Positions 31,649 through 40,881 of a DNA stretch of 64,000 bases are shown here, in pieces. The stretch's first letter is position 1. Each line of letters begins with the position of its first letter. Both the position numbers and the translations under genes were made by a program. The notes under the pieces were generated by a model. That model was not told the DNA's origin. It ran no database searches and saw only the letters and a list, made by a program, of their open reading frames with translations. This DNA is from a virus. Its lineage: Duplodnaviria > Caudoviricetes. Where the stretch lies: positions 1,898 through 65,897 of IMG/VR virus record IMGVR_UViG_3300023081_000014. One strand, given 5' to 3'.

Positions 31649-32312
31649 TTACAAGTTCCTTTGCCAAAGGAAAGATTTCTGCGATTACTTTCGCACAGGC
31701 ATGAGCAATTTCCATATGCTCTTTTTGTGTTCCGTTTGCACCACGTAGTTCAATATAGTGTACCCACGAACGTAGTGTACCATTCATATACAAACGTGTT
31801 TTGGTAAGTCCTTCAGGTAGTACCTTACGTGCTTGTTCTTTTGCAATTCCTCGTTCTAATGCCCAATCATAAACTTCTTTTGAAAGATCAATAATTCTTT
31901 TTTGTTGCTGTTCCCAATGTGTTTGAAGCAGTACATCATCAGTTTCGATTGAATTTTGTCTGTTCTTTTCGTCCTGTAGTCGTGCTTCTGATAGTTCAAA
32001 CATATTACCCATATCCTCAGGGTTGGCATAACGCTGACTAAATTCTTGAAAAGAGAAAGAACGATGACGAACTACTTGATGTGCAATATCACGTGTAGTA
32101 TCAATTTCCAAACAAGCACTAACCATTTCAAGTGGAGACCAATGTGCGTGTTTGATCAAATACTTTATAAGTTTTTCTGAAGTCTCCTTGTTCATTTGAT
32201 TGCTTGGATTACTAACTCTTGCACAAAACGCGATTAGTTCTTGTGCATCATTTAAACCTTCTGCTTTAAACTCTTCAGACGGTTGTGAATATGATACTAG
32301 TTTTACGTTCAT
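31638..32312 (-). CDS. thyX: FAD-dependent thymidylate synthase
   Basis: HWSPLE...RDIAHQVVRHRSFSFQEFSQRY (RHRX7S motif). Confidence 0.95.
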   Translation of the reverse strand: MNVKLVSYSQPSEEFKAEGLNDAQELIAFCARVSNPSNQMNKETSEKLIKYLIKHAHWSPLEMVSACLEIDTTRDIAHQVVRHRSFSFQEFSQRYANPEDMGNMFELSEARLQDEKNRQNSIETDDVLLQTHWEQQQKRIIDLSKEVYDWALERGIAKEQARKVLPEGLTKTRLYMNGTLRSWVHYIELRGANGTQKEHMEIAHACAKVIAEIFPLAKELVSEA

Positions 32313-32962
32313 GGTAAATCTTTCCTTTGATAATTGACATTAAACGCCATGTTAATTCTTTCTTTTTCGCTTGGGTTAGGATGTACTTTGTGTAGTAAGT
32401 AACTTGGAAAAATTAATATATCTCCGTCCTTTGGTTCGTAGTTTGCCATTCCATGATAAGGCCATGCTGGATTGGTCATTTTGTATAATGCATTTAATGG
32501 TAAGAATTCAATTGGTCCTGTATCAGTTGCCTGAAAATAAGCAACACCACTTGCTAAAAATCCACTATGTGAATGTTCTCTATTTTCTGCTTTTTTTCTA
32601 TTAACATTAAACCATGCATCAAACACATATCGCGATTTGTCTAAGTATTCTGTTGATTCGCCAAAAGTATTAATTGGTTTTTCTAAACGTGACATGTATT
32701 CGTTTACTGCTTCACTGCAACGATCAATAATCATATCGTTCATTTCTTCTGTAAAGCCTCCTTTGACATGAGGCCATCCTCTCCAACAGCCTAAATTTGC
32801 GTTAGGATCAAAACTAGGAGATTTGTTTTTGTAATCAATTACTGCTGTTGCAATGTCTTTGCATTCTTGCTCTGTAAATGCTTGTTTAATATGCAGAATA
32901 GCAGTTTGTTCTATAACGTTAAAGTTAACTTCACTCACGACCTTTTTTCTTCCTTTCTGCAT
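32309..32962 (-). CDS. Putative 2OG-Fe(II) oxygenase
   Basis: WFNVN...EHSHSG...SGVAYF...DGDILIFPSYLLHKV.PN...RINMAFN; the true start may be the GTG at 32938. Confidence 0.8.
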   Translation of the reverse strand: MQKGRKKVVSEVNFNVIEQTAILHIKQAFTEQECKDIATAVIDYKNKSPSFDPNANLGCWRGWPHVKGGFTEEMNDMIIDRCSEAVNEYMSRLEKPINTFGESTEYLDKSRYVFDAWFNVNRKKAENREHSHSGFLASGVAYFQATDTGPIEFLPLNALYKMTNPAWPYHGMANYEPKDGDILIFPSYLLHKVHPNPSEKERINMAFNVNYQRKDLP

Positions 32963-33311
32963 TTGACTTTTTAAAGTTTTTATTTACTTTCTTCGTAAAT
33001 GCGTCTCTAGCCTGCTTAACTTGATTTTGCAAACCAGACATATTAACTTTGAAATCTATATTTTCAAGTATGTTAGAATGTTCTCTTATAATGTTATTAA
33101 CCCGTTGCGCCGCCTGGTCTGAAGTAGGACTTTGTGCAACAATTGATCGAACATCAATAATTACTTTTTGTTTGTTTTTTAGATTGAGTTTTAATTCGGA
33201 AACGTAATGAATGGGAAGACTTTCGATTTTGATGTCTTCAATTACGCCTTCCCATTCTGGATTAAGTGTCGGATCACCGTGTAAGATGATTCTGCCCTGC
33301 GACTTGGACAT
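32931..33311 (-). CDS. Hypothetical protein
   Basis: 126-aa ORF packed into the operon with overlapping start/stop. Confidence 0.65.
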   Translation of the reverse strand: MSKSQGRIILHGDPTLNPEWEGVIEDIKIESLPIHYVSELKLNLKNKQKVIIDVRSIVAQSPTSDQAAQRVNNIIREHSNILENIDFKVNMSGLQNQVKQARDAFTKKVNKNFKKSNAERKKKGRE

Positions 33312-33904
33312 TACGCATTAGTCTTTGCAGATTTCTTTGCAGTTGTTTTAGGAGACAATTCATCCGCTTTTTTGCGAAGTTCTTGTACTTCTTTGTACAA
33401 TGCATCTGCATCCGCTCTATACTTTATTGCAAGGTCTTCATCACTTAGAACTGATTGGTCTTTTACAGTAGCAATAGTTTGAACTACCGCTTCTGTTTTA
33501 CCAGGTTCACCTGATGCTGTAACCGCAAGTTCATCAATGCCTACACCTTTTTGTTCAGCAATGATTTTGTTAAGTTCATCTAACTTAACCCATGTTTCTC
33601 TTTTTGTGCTAGGTTGCATAGTTACTTCGCTTGTTGGAACCTTTTGTAGGTTGCCTCCTGCATGAAGAGCCGATAACATAGTTCTTCCGTCTGAAAACTT
33701 ACGTACTGCTAAAATGTTTGCAAACTCATATGATTGCTGTGATTGTTCTGACATAACCAACGAATCTAATTCATCGTGATATGTTTGTTTTAAAGAAGCA
33801 GTAGGAATAACCAATGCACTATTAGGATCGCCTGGTAATGTTCTGTAAGCAACTAATACCTTAGTTCCTTTTTCGCCTACTACCGCTACGTGTTTAACTG
33901 CCAT
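33311..33904 (-). CDS. Hypothetical protein
   Basis: 197-aa ORF, GGAG SD, TAATG coupling to the next gene. Confidence 0.7.
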   Translation of the reverse strand: MAVKHVAVVGEKGTKVLVAYRTLPGDPNSALVIPTASLKQTYHDELDSLVMSEQSQQSYEFANILAVRKFSDGRTMLSALHAGGNLQKVPTSEVTMQPSTKRETWVKLDELNKIIAEQKGVGIDELAVTASGEPGKTEAVVQTIATVKDQSVLSDEDLAIKYRADADALYKEVQELRKKADELSPKTTAKKSAKTNA

Positions 33905-33907
33905 AAT

Positions 33908-34213
33908 TTACTCCTTTGGAGCCTCTGCTGTTTGAGCAGGTGCTTCTGTTGGTTGAGCAGAATCTGTACTTGGTGCTTCTCCTTCTGCTGGCTTCTTAGG
34001 TGTAATTGCTTCTAAGAATGCGTTCAATCTATTGTAAGTGCGACCAACTACTTCCATTTCGTTTGGCTTATATGCACCACGTTGACTTGCAACGTCAATG
34101 ATTGCTTTTAATGCCTGAAGATCTTGTACAGTAAGATCTGGTGCACCTGGTTTTGGTGCTTCTGACTGAGGTGCCTCTTGTGCTGGCGCCTGAGTTTTAT
34201 TTTCTTCTGTCAT
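33908..34213 (-). CDS. Hypothetical protein (Pro/Ala/Glu-rich ends, helical core)
   Basis: AAGGAG SD; core LTVQDLQALKAIIDVASQRGAYK. Confidence 0.7.
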   Translation of the reverse strand: MTEENKTQAPAQEAPQSEAPKPGAPDLTVQDLQALKAIIDVASQRGAYKPNEMEVVGRTYNRLNAFLEAITPKKPAEGEAPSTDSAQPTEAPAQTAEAPKE

Positions 34214-34261
34214 TTTGAGTTAACTCCTTGTTAATTAAAGTTTGTGTTATAACACTAGTAA

Positions 34262-34570
34262 TTATATGATGTTGATATCACGGTCGTGCAAATGTGAGCA
34301 CGCCAAACTAAACATTGTGGACTCTGATGCTTCTTCAAAGCCAATTTGGATAATTGATTCCATTTTATTGTTGATTACATCAAGATCTTGCACAATACAA
34401 AACCTTCCGTGCAAGTTATTGTAGATCCATTTTCTAATTAGTTCAACATCGTTTTTAAAATTCCAACTGTTGTTTCCTAGTTTTATTTTTGTCCAATTTT
34501 TTGGACAGAAGTTTAATTCTCGAATTTCGAGAACATTATTTGGATTAGGTTCGTCTACTAGTAACTTCAT
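34262..34570 (-). CDS. Hypothetical protein
   Basis: 102 aa, ATGA overlap with the vwa stop. Confidence 0.65.
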   Translation of the reverse strand: MKLLVDEPNPNNVLEIRELNFCPKNWTKIKLGNNSWNFKNDVELIRKWIYNNLHGRFCIVQDLDVINNKMESIIQIGFEEASESTMFSLACSHLHDRDINII

Positions 34571-35856
34571 GCCGCCTCTTTTTGTAAATCATAATGGCAA
34601 GTTATACCGTGCGGTGCTTCGATTGATTTATCTGAGTGAATAACCCAAATAGTATCGCAATAGTTTTCGTCACCCCAGTTCCATGAATAACCATCTGTGA
34701 ACACAATGAATTTCTTTGGTTGAATATCGTTGTCTTTCATATATTTCCAGTTTGCATCGAAGTCAGTACCACCACCGCCAGCAAGTTCATAATCTTCAAT
34801 TGATTCTCCGCTGTCAGGAGTAAAGTCTTGTTCGTTGTAAACTTCTGTATCAAAACACCAAATTTTAATTTTGTAATCATCGTACTGATCACAAATACCT
34901 TTAACTTCACTTAAGAAGTCACGTGCTTCTCTGCTACCAATTGAACCTGACATGTCAAGTGCAATAGCAATATCAATGGTTTGATCAAAATCCATGCCTG
35001 GAAGAATAGCACCGGTGTGCCATGCTTTACGTGAAGGACGCATAAATGTGTAATTACTTTTTAAGGTGCTTTGAATTTGTTGATTCAACAGTTCACGCCA
35101 GTTCATTTTAGGTTCTGTAAGATCTTTAATGATACGTGCTACACCTTTAGGAACATTACCAACACCTGCCGCCTGTGCCGCAGATACCATAGCCTCTTTC
35201 ATTTCGTCTCGGATCTTTTTAAGTTCTTCTTTGGAATAAGAAGGACGGGAATCTTTTTTTCCTTTTCCGTCTTTCTTAGTTTCTCCTGCAGGTCCTTGTC
35301 CTTTTCCTTTTTCCCAGTCAATATGCTCATCGAGTAGTTTTCCTAACTGTTCAAGTTGTTCTTCATCGTACTTTTGGTAGATGTCGTCGTACACAGCCTC
35401 TGATGCCCAACCATAATACTTAGGATCATGAAAGGGTTTAACCTGTGTAATAACTTCGCCAATGTTATGACGAATTAGATCACCGTTAACACAATAGTCA
35501 GCGGCAATATTATAAATGTTAGGATCTCGATTATCTCTACGTGTAAAGTGATCATATACACAGTGTAGGATTTCGTGACCAAAAAGAAATTCTGTTTGTT
35601 TTTGTGTTAGTTCGTTTACAAAATTTTCGTTGTAGAAAAAATGACGACCGTCGGTTGCGGCAGTTGAACACCAATCCGTTGCGTCAATAATTTGTAAACG
35701 TGTAGCAAGATTACCAAAAAATGGTTGACGAATTAACAATGCAATTCTAGCGGTTGTTAATTTTTCTTTTACTTTGTTTGAATCAATTGAAGGATTACGC
35801 TCATAGATTTTACCCTCCATCATGCTCTGTTCTACTGCGGTTGTATTCTTTGACAT
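34567..35856 (-). CDS. Putative metallopeptidase plus VWA-domain protein (DUF2201-like), MoxR partner
   Basis: AATDG..FFYN; LFGHEILHC (HExxH); C-terminal IAIALDMSGSIG (DxSxS MIDAS) and GGGGTDF. Confidence 0.88.
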   Translation of the reverse strand: MSKNTTAVEQSMMEGKIYERNPSIDSNKVKEKLTTARIALLIRQPFFGNLATRLQIIDATDWCSTAATDGRHFFYNENFVNELTQKQTEFLFGHEILHCVYDHFTRRDNRDPNIYNIAADYCVNGDLIRHNIGEVITQVKPFHDPKYYGWASEAVYDDIYQKYDEEQLEQLGKLLDEHIDWEKGKGQGPAGETKKDGKGKKDSRPSYSKEELKKIRDEMKEAMVSAAQAAGVGNVPKGVARIIKDLTEPKMNWRELLNQQIQSTLKSNYTFMRPSRKAWHTGAILPGMDFDQTIDIAIALDMSGSIGSREARDFLSEVKGICDQYDDYKIKIWCFDTEVYNEQDFTPDSGESIEDYELAGGGGTDFDANWKYMKDNDIQPKKFIVFTDGYSWNWGDENYCDTIWVIHSDKSIEAPHGITCHYDLQKEAA

Positions 35857-35887
35857 TGTTTGCTCCTAACTTTCTAACTATAATATA

Positions 35888-35915
35888 ATTATAGCATCAA
35901 ACAGGTATTTGTCAA
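35888..35915 (-). promoter_or_regulatory. Sigma70-type early promoter of vwa
   Basis: TTGACA-16 nt-TATAAT with extended -10 TG on the minus strand. Confidence 0.8.
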
Positions 35916-36491
35916 CTAAAATTGTGCTAAAAAATCACGTTGCATCTTCATTTTGGCATCTTTATATGACACAGATTCTGCTAGATCTAGTGGTTTATAC
36001 TCGCCCGGAACGAATACATATTGTACCATATTGGACGGCAATTTGGAAGTTTTAAGGCCATCACCGGCATCAATTACAAAAGGAATAAGATCATTTTTGG
36101 CAATTAGTGCCACACTGTCTGTATCACAAATAAGAAGAAAGTCAGCATATCCCGGAGGAAGCGTACGACCTGCACTAGATCCACGACTGTTCATTAACTG
36201 TAGATCTGATACGTGTTTCTTTTTCTTTTTGGTTTTGCGTGTAAACAACGAACCTTCTGTGTACTTCATTTCAATCATCATACCGTTGGGTCCAATATGA
36301 TCCACACCTTCCAAATTAACATATACTAGATTGCCATCGCTAAACAGTTCTAGTGAACGTTCAAGTAAGTCGCTTTTGTCAAATCGTAATTTACGCTCAT
36401 TTAGTTCGTCACCAATTGTATGTACAAGTGTAACATACTTGTTCCAATCTACGTTATTACGCAACCATATTGCTAAGTCTACAGTTTGCAA
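35916..36491 (-). CDS. Putative PD-(D/E)xK-like nuclease
   Basis: TTG start after AAGGAG; EGVDHIGPNGMMIEMKY fits D-x9-E-x-K; later DFLLICD strand. Confidence 0.45.
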   Translation of the reverse strand: MQTVDLAIWLRNNVDWNKYVTLVHTIGDELNERKLRFDKSDLLERSLELFSDGNLVYVNLEGVDHIGPNGMMIEMKYTEGSLFTRKTKKKKKHVSDLQLMNSRGSSAGRTLPPGYADFLLICDTDSVALIAKNDLIPFVIDAGDGLKTSKLPSNMVQYVFVPGEYKPLDLAESVSYKDAKMKMQRDFLAQF

Positions 36492-36523
36492 TTTTTCTCC
36501 TTATTTGCAATTTAACTGTAATT

Positions 36524-36552
36524 ATTATAACAGAAAACTATCTAGTGGTCAA
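36524..36552 (-). promoter_or_regulatory. Sigma70-type promoter of the nuclease-like gene
   Basis: TTGACC-17 nt-TATAAT with extended -10 TG. Confidence 0.7.
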
Positions 36553-37061
36553 CTGATTTGGTTAAAAACTTTTTTGTAGTGTGGTTTTAGTTGTTCCATT
36601 ACTTTATGATATTCGTTTTCGTCTTTGTACAGTTTTTTAGGAACTAGATCTCCTGCAAGTGTACTTTTAATCATATTACAATCCAAACAAAGTGTTTGAG
36701 TATTTTGGTCGCAATGGCTACCACCGTCTCGTTGCGTTTCAATATGATCTACAAATAACATACCCCATGCAACACGATCACGAATTAGTTCATCTTCTAT
36801 TAGTTTTACTTTAGGATGTTCCCATGGATTATGTCCACAAATTTCGCAAAACCTTTTCTTATTAAATGTCCACGGACGATCCATTCTAGCAGGACCTCCG
36901 TACTCTCTTAGTAAACTTTGATGATGTTCACAAAGACGTGAGCCTGCTCCTTTGTACTTAGAAGATTGTTTGTTACAATAAGGAAGTGTACAAGTTGTGG
37001 TTACAGAATTTTTTATACCTGCATAACCTTGTTTGTGTCTTTCAAAAAAATGTCTGCTCAT
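36549..37061 (-). CDS. HNH endonuclease with N-terminal Cys/His zinc-finger-like segment
   Basis: CEICG...VDHIETQRDGGSHCDQNTQTLCLDCNMIKS; N-terminal CTLPYC...LCEHH; AGGAGG SD. Confidence 0.8.
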   Translation of the reverse strand: MSRHFFERHKQGYAGIKNSVTTTCTLPYCNKQSSKYKGAGSRLCEHHQSLLREYGGPARMDRPWTFNKKRFCEICGHNPWEHPKVKLIEDELIRDRVAWGMLFVDHIETQRDGGSHCDQNTQTLCLDCNMIKSTLAGDLVPKKLYKDENEYHKVMEQLKPHYKKVFNQIS

Positions 37062-37080
37062 TTAGGCCTCCTAATAGAGC

Positions 37081-37102
37081 GAGGGGATCCGAAGACCCCC
37101 TC
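37081..37102 (-). other. Stable RNA hairpin with cUUCGg tetraloop after the moxR stop
   Basis: Minus strand GAGGGGGUC-UUCG-GAUCCCCUC: 9-bp stem with one GU pair and no following U-tract. Confidence 0.8.
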
Positions 37103-37111
37103 TATAGTTAG

Positions 37112-38203
37112 TTAGGATGCCATAGCGGCTTGAACATACTTGCCGTACTTGTCATGGAAACGGTCAAAGTTTTTCAAGTCCTTTGGCGAAAATGGCAGTT
37201 TGTAAGTAGCGATAGCAACTCGCGTACCCATTACAACAAGTTCAGTTTCAAAATTATCCATCATAAAACCAAAGAAGTTGTCTGCCATTTGATTCCAACC
37301 CTTCTCCTTGCTTTTGAAAGCCTCTTGAAGTTCATAGCACATACTTACAGTTAGCGAATACATCGCCGAAATTTCTTTCGACTCCATAGTCTTAACCTTG
37401 CCTTTAAGTATGTCTGTTGGATTTGGCAGTTTAGAAGCAACCTTACGGTGTGCCGCAAATTTAACTGCCAAGCCTTCGCCGACGCTACCTGCAACCAAGT
37501 CTGTAAGTGTAGACTCAGGCAGTTCATCGTCGAGAAGTTCGCTTACGAAACTCCAAGAACGTGGAGTTGCGAATGCTCGTGAACTTGACTTTGGATCAAA
37601 ATCATATAGATCCTGTTTAGCGAAAGTCAAGTAACCCACTACATCAGAGTGGATTTTGTTTTCTGTCGCCCATGTTAACCAGTCTTCAAAGTCAACACGT
37701 AGTTCAAGGTGTACAAAACGATTGGCAAGTGGTGCCGGCATACGATAAGTTACACCCTTATCAGTTTCACGGTTACCTGCCGCGACAATTACAACATTGT
37801 CTGGAAGTTTGTATGTACCAACCTTACGATTTAGAATAAGTTGATAAGCCGCCGCCTGTACTGCTGGCGCGGCAGAGTTCATTTCGTCTAGGAAAAGAAC
37901 GATTGTGTCAAATTGTTTAGCAAATTCTTCATCTGGAAGTTCTGCTGGAGGTGCCCATTTCATAGTGTTGTCGTTTGCACTATAATAAGGCATACCTTTT
38001 ACGTCCGTTGGCTCCCATAATGAAAGACGAACGTCAATAAGATGTGCGTTTTTAAGTTGTGTTGTAATCTGACTCATAATGTCAGACTTACCAATACCTG
38101 GAGGACCCCACATAAAGATAGGACGCTTCAGTTTCATTGCGTGTTGTACAGCCGCCTTTGCTTCGTTTGGTGTAACTGTACGTGCTTCTGTTGTTTGTGC
38201 CAT
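37112..38203 (-). CDS. MoxR-like AAA+ ATPase
   Basis: Walker A WGPPGIGKS, Walker B LFLDEMN, VAAGNR, PLANRF. Confidence 0.9.
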   Translation of the reverse strand: MAQTTEARTVTPNEAKAAVQHAMKLKRPIFMWGPPGIGKSDIMSQITTQLKNAHLIDVRLSLWEPTDVKGMPYYSANDNTMKWAPPAELPDEEFAKQFDTIVLFLDEMNSAAPAVQAAAYQLILNRKVGTYKLPDNVVIVAAGNRETDKGVTYRMPAPLANRFVHLELRVDFEDWLTWATENKIHSDVVGYLTFAKQDLYDFDPKSSSRAFATPRSWSFVSELLDDELPESTLTDLVAGSVGEGLAVKFAAHRKVASKLPNPTDILKGKVKTMESKEISAMYSLTVSMCYELQEAFKSKEKGWNQMADNFFGFMMDNFETELVVMGTRVAIATYKLPFSPKDLKNFDRFHDKYGKYVQAAMAS

Positions 38204-38237
38204 TTGCTATTGCTCCTTTGTTTCTAACTATAAGTAT

Positions 38238-38265
38238 ATAATAGCATCAGACAAGGAAATGTCAA
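38238..38265 (-). promoter_or_regulatory. Sigma70-type early promoter of moxR
   Basis: TTGACA-16 nt-TATTAT with extended -10 TG; leader nearly identical to that of vwa. Confidence 0.8.
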
Positions 38266-38308
38266 GCGGTTTTTCCACTATTTTGGAAAAAAACTATCCA
38301 AAATGAAC

Positions 38309-38698
38309 TTAATCTTCTAGTTCTTGAGCCATAGCACGGGCAAGGCCGTACTGTTTGATATCTCCAGCAAACATCATAAGTTGTAAACCCATTTTTTCGC
38401 TGAAAACAAAGATACGTTTCTTTGTAACGTAGTAAGGACAATCAATAAAGTTGTCTAGATATAAGAATACTTGTGGAGTAAACTTAATTTCGTTGGGGAA
38501 TTTAATTTCGTATGTTTGTAAATCTGCACGTTCAACAGCATAATCAAATCCGTCTTTGGTTAAACGCAATCCAGCATCGCCTTTTGCTCTAGTATTTTGC
38601 CACCAAAGCATATAATTCTTTTTTATTTCCTGTTCTGATGTATCTTCTTCACCAGCACCTATCATAAAGGTTTTGGTGTATGCTTCTTTAATATCCAT
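38309..38698 (-). CDS. Hypothetical protein
   Basis: 129 aa, WWQNTR..GLRLT...LDNFIDCPYY. Confidence 0.7.
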   Translation of the reverse strand: MDIKEAYTKTFMIGAGEEDTSEQEIKKNYMLWWQNTRAKGDAGLRLTKDGFDYAVERADLQTYEIKFPNEIKFTPQVFLYLDNFIDCPYYVTKKRIFVFSEKMGLQLMMFAGDIKQYGLARAMAQELED

Positions 38699-38700
38699 TA

Positions 38701-38982
38701 CTAAACTTTATCGCCTTTTGTTAACTTATAAACTTCAAATTCTTGTGTTTTGAATGTTGTGTTTAGTTTTCTTGCAAGATTTAATGCATGTCCAGGATTA
38801 GAAAAACTTGTTTTCTTATATTTAGGTCCCGGTGTTGGCGAAATGCTATTTGAACTTTTTAAATTAAAAGGTTTACCTTGATAAAAGACCGCCCAGATTG
38901 CTTCTGCATCTAGTACTTCTTCTTTTCTATATGTGTTCTTGTCGGTATATTCCAACAAGATAGTTGGTTTTGGTCTACTCAT
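38701..38982 (-). CDS. Hypothetical basic protein (start revised to MSRPKP)
   Basis: ATG at 38982 follows an AAGGAA SD and a TAAATA box; the track's upstream extension is unlikely. Confidence 0.7.
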   Translation of the reverse strand: MSRPKPTILLEYTDKNTYRKEEVLDAEAIWAVFYQGKPFNLKSSNSISPTPGPKYKKTSFSNPGHALNLARKLNTTFKTQEFEVYKLTKGDKV

Positions 38983-39014
38983 TGTACGTAATTCCTTTAA
39001 GTTAACTACGTACT

Positions 39015-39020
39015 TATTTA
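39015..39020 (-). promoter_or_regulatory. T4-late-like promoter core TAAATA
   Basis: gaTAAATAag on the minus strand upstream of 38982. Confidence 0.45.
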
Positions 39021-39028
39021 TCGAAAAT

Positions 39029-39256
39029 TTAGAAGTTTCCGCCGTCCATTTTAACATCTACACTAACCTCTTGTGGTTGTTGTAGGCGTGTATCTTGCAG
39101 TTCTACAAGCCTTGCAAGTAACATACTAATGCTATCTGCAAGATCTTTATATTGTTTAGAGTCTAGTTTAAGTTCTCGTTGTTGTGTTTTGCCTGCTACT
39201 TTTGCCGCTTGCAAAAAGTTTTCAATTGGAACTGTATTAACTGGATTTCGAGACAT
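39029..39256 (-). CDS. Hypothetical protein
   Basis: 75 aa in operon. Confidence 0.6.
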   Translation of the reverse strand: MSRNPVNTVPIENFLQAAKVAGKTQQRELKLDSKQYKDLADSISMLLARLVELQDTRLQQPQEVSVDVKMDGGNF

Positions 39257-39719
39257 TTGATAATACCTGACGCATTTCTAGTTCTGTTGTAAAAGGACCT
39301 TTGTATTCATATCTTTGTAGTGTGATAAGTTTAGGACAAAACGATTTAACCCAACCTTTTGCAAAACGTATTGTATAATAACCTGCACAGTATAAACTTT
39401 TAGATTTTTTGCTTTTGCTATACAAAGGTAAGTTGTTTTGCACATCTAGTAAAGGATTATATGCTTGTGTGCTAGTAGGGTATCCATGCACTTCCATAAC
39501 CTTTGAATCTTTGGTTTTCTTTTTTACAATCTGTTCAAAAAAGTCTTTGCCAAATGCATCGTATACCTTTTCTACATTTTCAAAATGTATTTTATCTCTT
39601 GGAGTAACAAGAATGAATCCTTCTTTTTCTTTTGCTAAGGTTCCTACCTTACGTCCATGATCTTGTACAATCCAAAATTTATTTGGAATTAGTTGTTTTG
39701 CTTTAAATTCAAATTCCAT
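39237..39719 (-). CDS. Hypothetical protein
   Basis: 160 aa; KSKSLYCAGYY...WVKSFCPKLITLQRY. Confidence 0.7.
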   Translation of the reverse strand: MEFEFKAKQLIPNKFWIVQDHGRKVGTLAKEKEGFILVTPRDKIHFENVEKVYDAFGKDFFEQIVKKKTKDSKVMEVHGYPTSTQAYNPLLDVQNNLPLYSKSKKSKSLYCAGYYTIRFAKGWVKSFCPKLITLQRYEYKGPFTTELEMRQVLSNVSKSS

Positions 39720-40708
39720 TATACTCTCCCGTATCTTGCGTTTAAAGGTTTAGCATACGTTTCTGCTTGTTCTGTAATTTTATTAAGATCGTAACTGCTT
39801 GCAAATTTTACTAAACGTACACCTACCTGAGAAATATCTTTACCTGCAGAAATACCATCTGCAATAGTTTTCCCTATTAGTTCTTTTATTTCAGGCGGTT
39901 GTGCTGTTAGATCGCAAAGTATTACATTTCTTGAGTAATCATCTAATACCCTATGCTCATTACCTTCGTGATCTGTCCAACGTTGTAACATAAGATTATT
40001 CCAATTAAATCCTTTTGTTTCTCTGTCTTCAAATGCTTCTTGTAATCCTACTTTGTTCTTTGTACCTTTTACACGAACACCTGGATAAGCACTAAACACA
40101 TTATCGCTTGTATCACCACGCATACATTTTTCAAACAATAACCATTGTGGATTTGGAGCAGGTTTTTCTGCTTTAGTTTTCTTATCTACAACAGGTTTAC
40201 CTTTTTCATCAAAGTAACCTTCGTGTGTTATTGTTGTTTTTGATACACCGTTGTATTGTTTTACATTGGGTGAAATTAATTGTGCAAAGTCACCGTCTGT
40301 GCTAATAATAACATGATCATCTTTAGGGTGTGCTTGTATCCAACCAGCAATAAGATCATCTGCTTCTAGTTGCGGATGTTGTAACACACTGCAATTTGTT
40401 TTTTCTCGTAGAAATCCAGTAAACTCATCAAATGTTTCCCAGAAGATTTTATCTTCTTCCTGTTGCGAAGGCGTAAGTGCGTCACGAGTTTCTTGACGAT
40501 TGCGTTTATATGGTGCATAAAAGTCTTTGCGCCAACTACGACCTTCGAGACAAAACACTACATGACTGCCGTTAAAATCATTCCAAGCCTTACGAATGCT
40601 TTGGAATGTTGTGTGCAAAGCCATGCCAATTTTAATATCAGCATCACCACGTACAACGTGCCTTGCACGGAAGAATGTATTTGCTGTGTCTACGAGAATA
40701 TATGTCAT
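39719..40708 (-). CDS. rnh: T4-type RNase H / 5'-3' flap exonuclease
   Basis: YILVD; CLEGRSWRK..YAPYKRNR; LEADDLIA; ISTDGDFAQL; MRGDTSDNV. Confidence 0.9.
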   Translation of the reverse strand: MTYILVDTANTFFRARHVVRGDADIKIGMALHTTFQSIRKAWNDFNGSHVVFCLEGRSWRKDFYAPYKRNRQETRDALTPSQQEEDKIFWETFDEFTGFLREKTNCSVLQHPQLEADDLIAGWIQAHPKDDHVIISTDGDFAQLISPNVKQYNGVSKTTITHEGYFDEKGKPVVDKKTKAEKPAPNPQWLLFEKCMRGDTSDNVFSAYPGVRVKGTKNKVGLQEAFEDRETKGFNWNNLMLQRWTDHEGNEHRVLDDYSRNVILCDLTAQPPEIKELIGKTIADGISAGKDISQVGVRLVKFASSYDLNKITEQAETYAKPLNARYGRV

Positions 40709-40881
40709 TATTTTCTGCCTATGTATTTCATTCTATACCATTTAGCAAAGTCTGGATTAAAGATCATTGTTTCATGTACTTGTTTAGCACTTAATTGATC
40801 TGATCTAATACAATCTGCTAATGCTTGCCAATCTTCTTTTCTATATTTTTCAGTTTTTCTAGTTTTAGTTACTGGAGTCAT
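40708..40881 (-). CDS. Small hypothetical protein (57 aa), not in ORF track
   Basis: Manual translation MTPVTKTRKTEKYRKEDWQALADCIRSDQL...KWYRMKYIGRK; TAATG overlaps at both ends. Confidence 0.7.
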   Translation of the reverse strand: MTPVTKTRKTEKYRKEDWQALADCIRSDQLSAKQVHETMIFNPDFAKWYRMKYIGRK

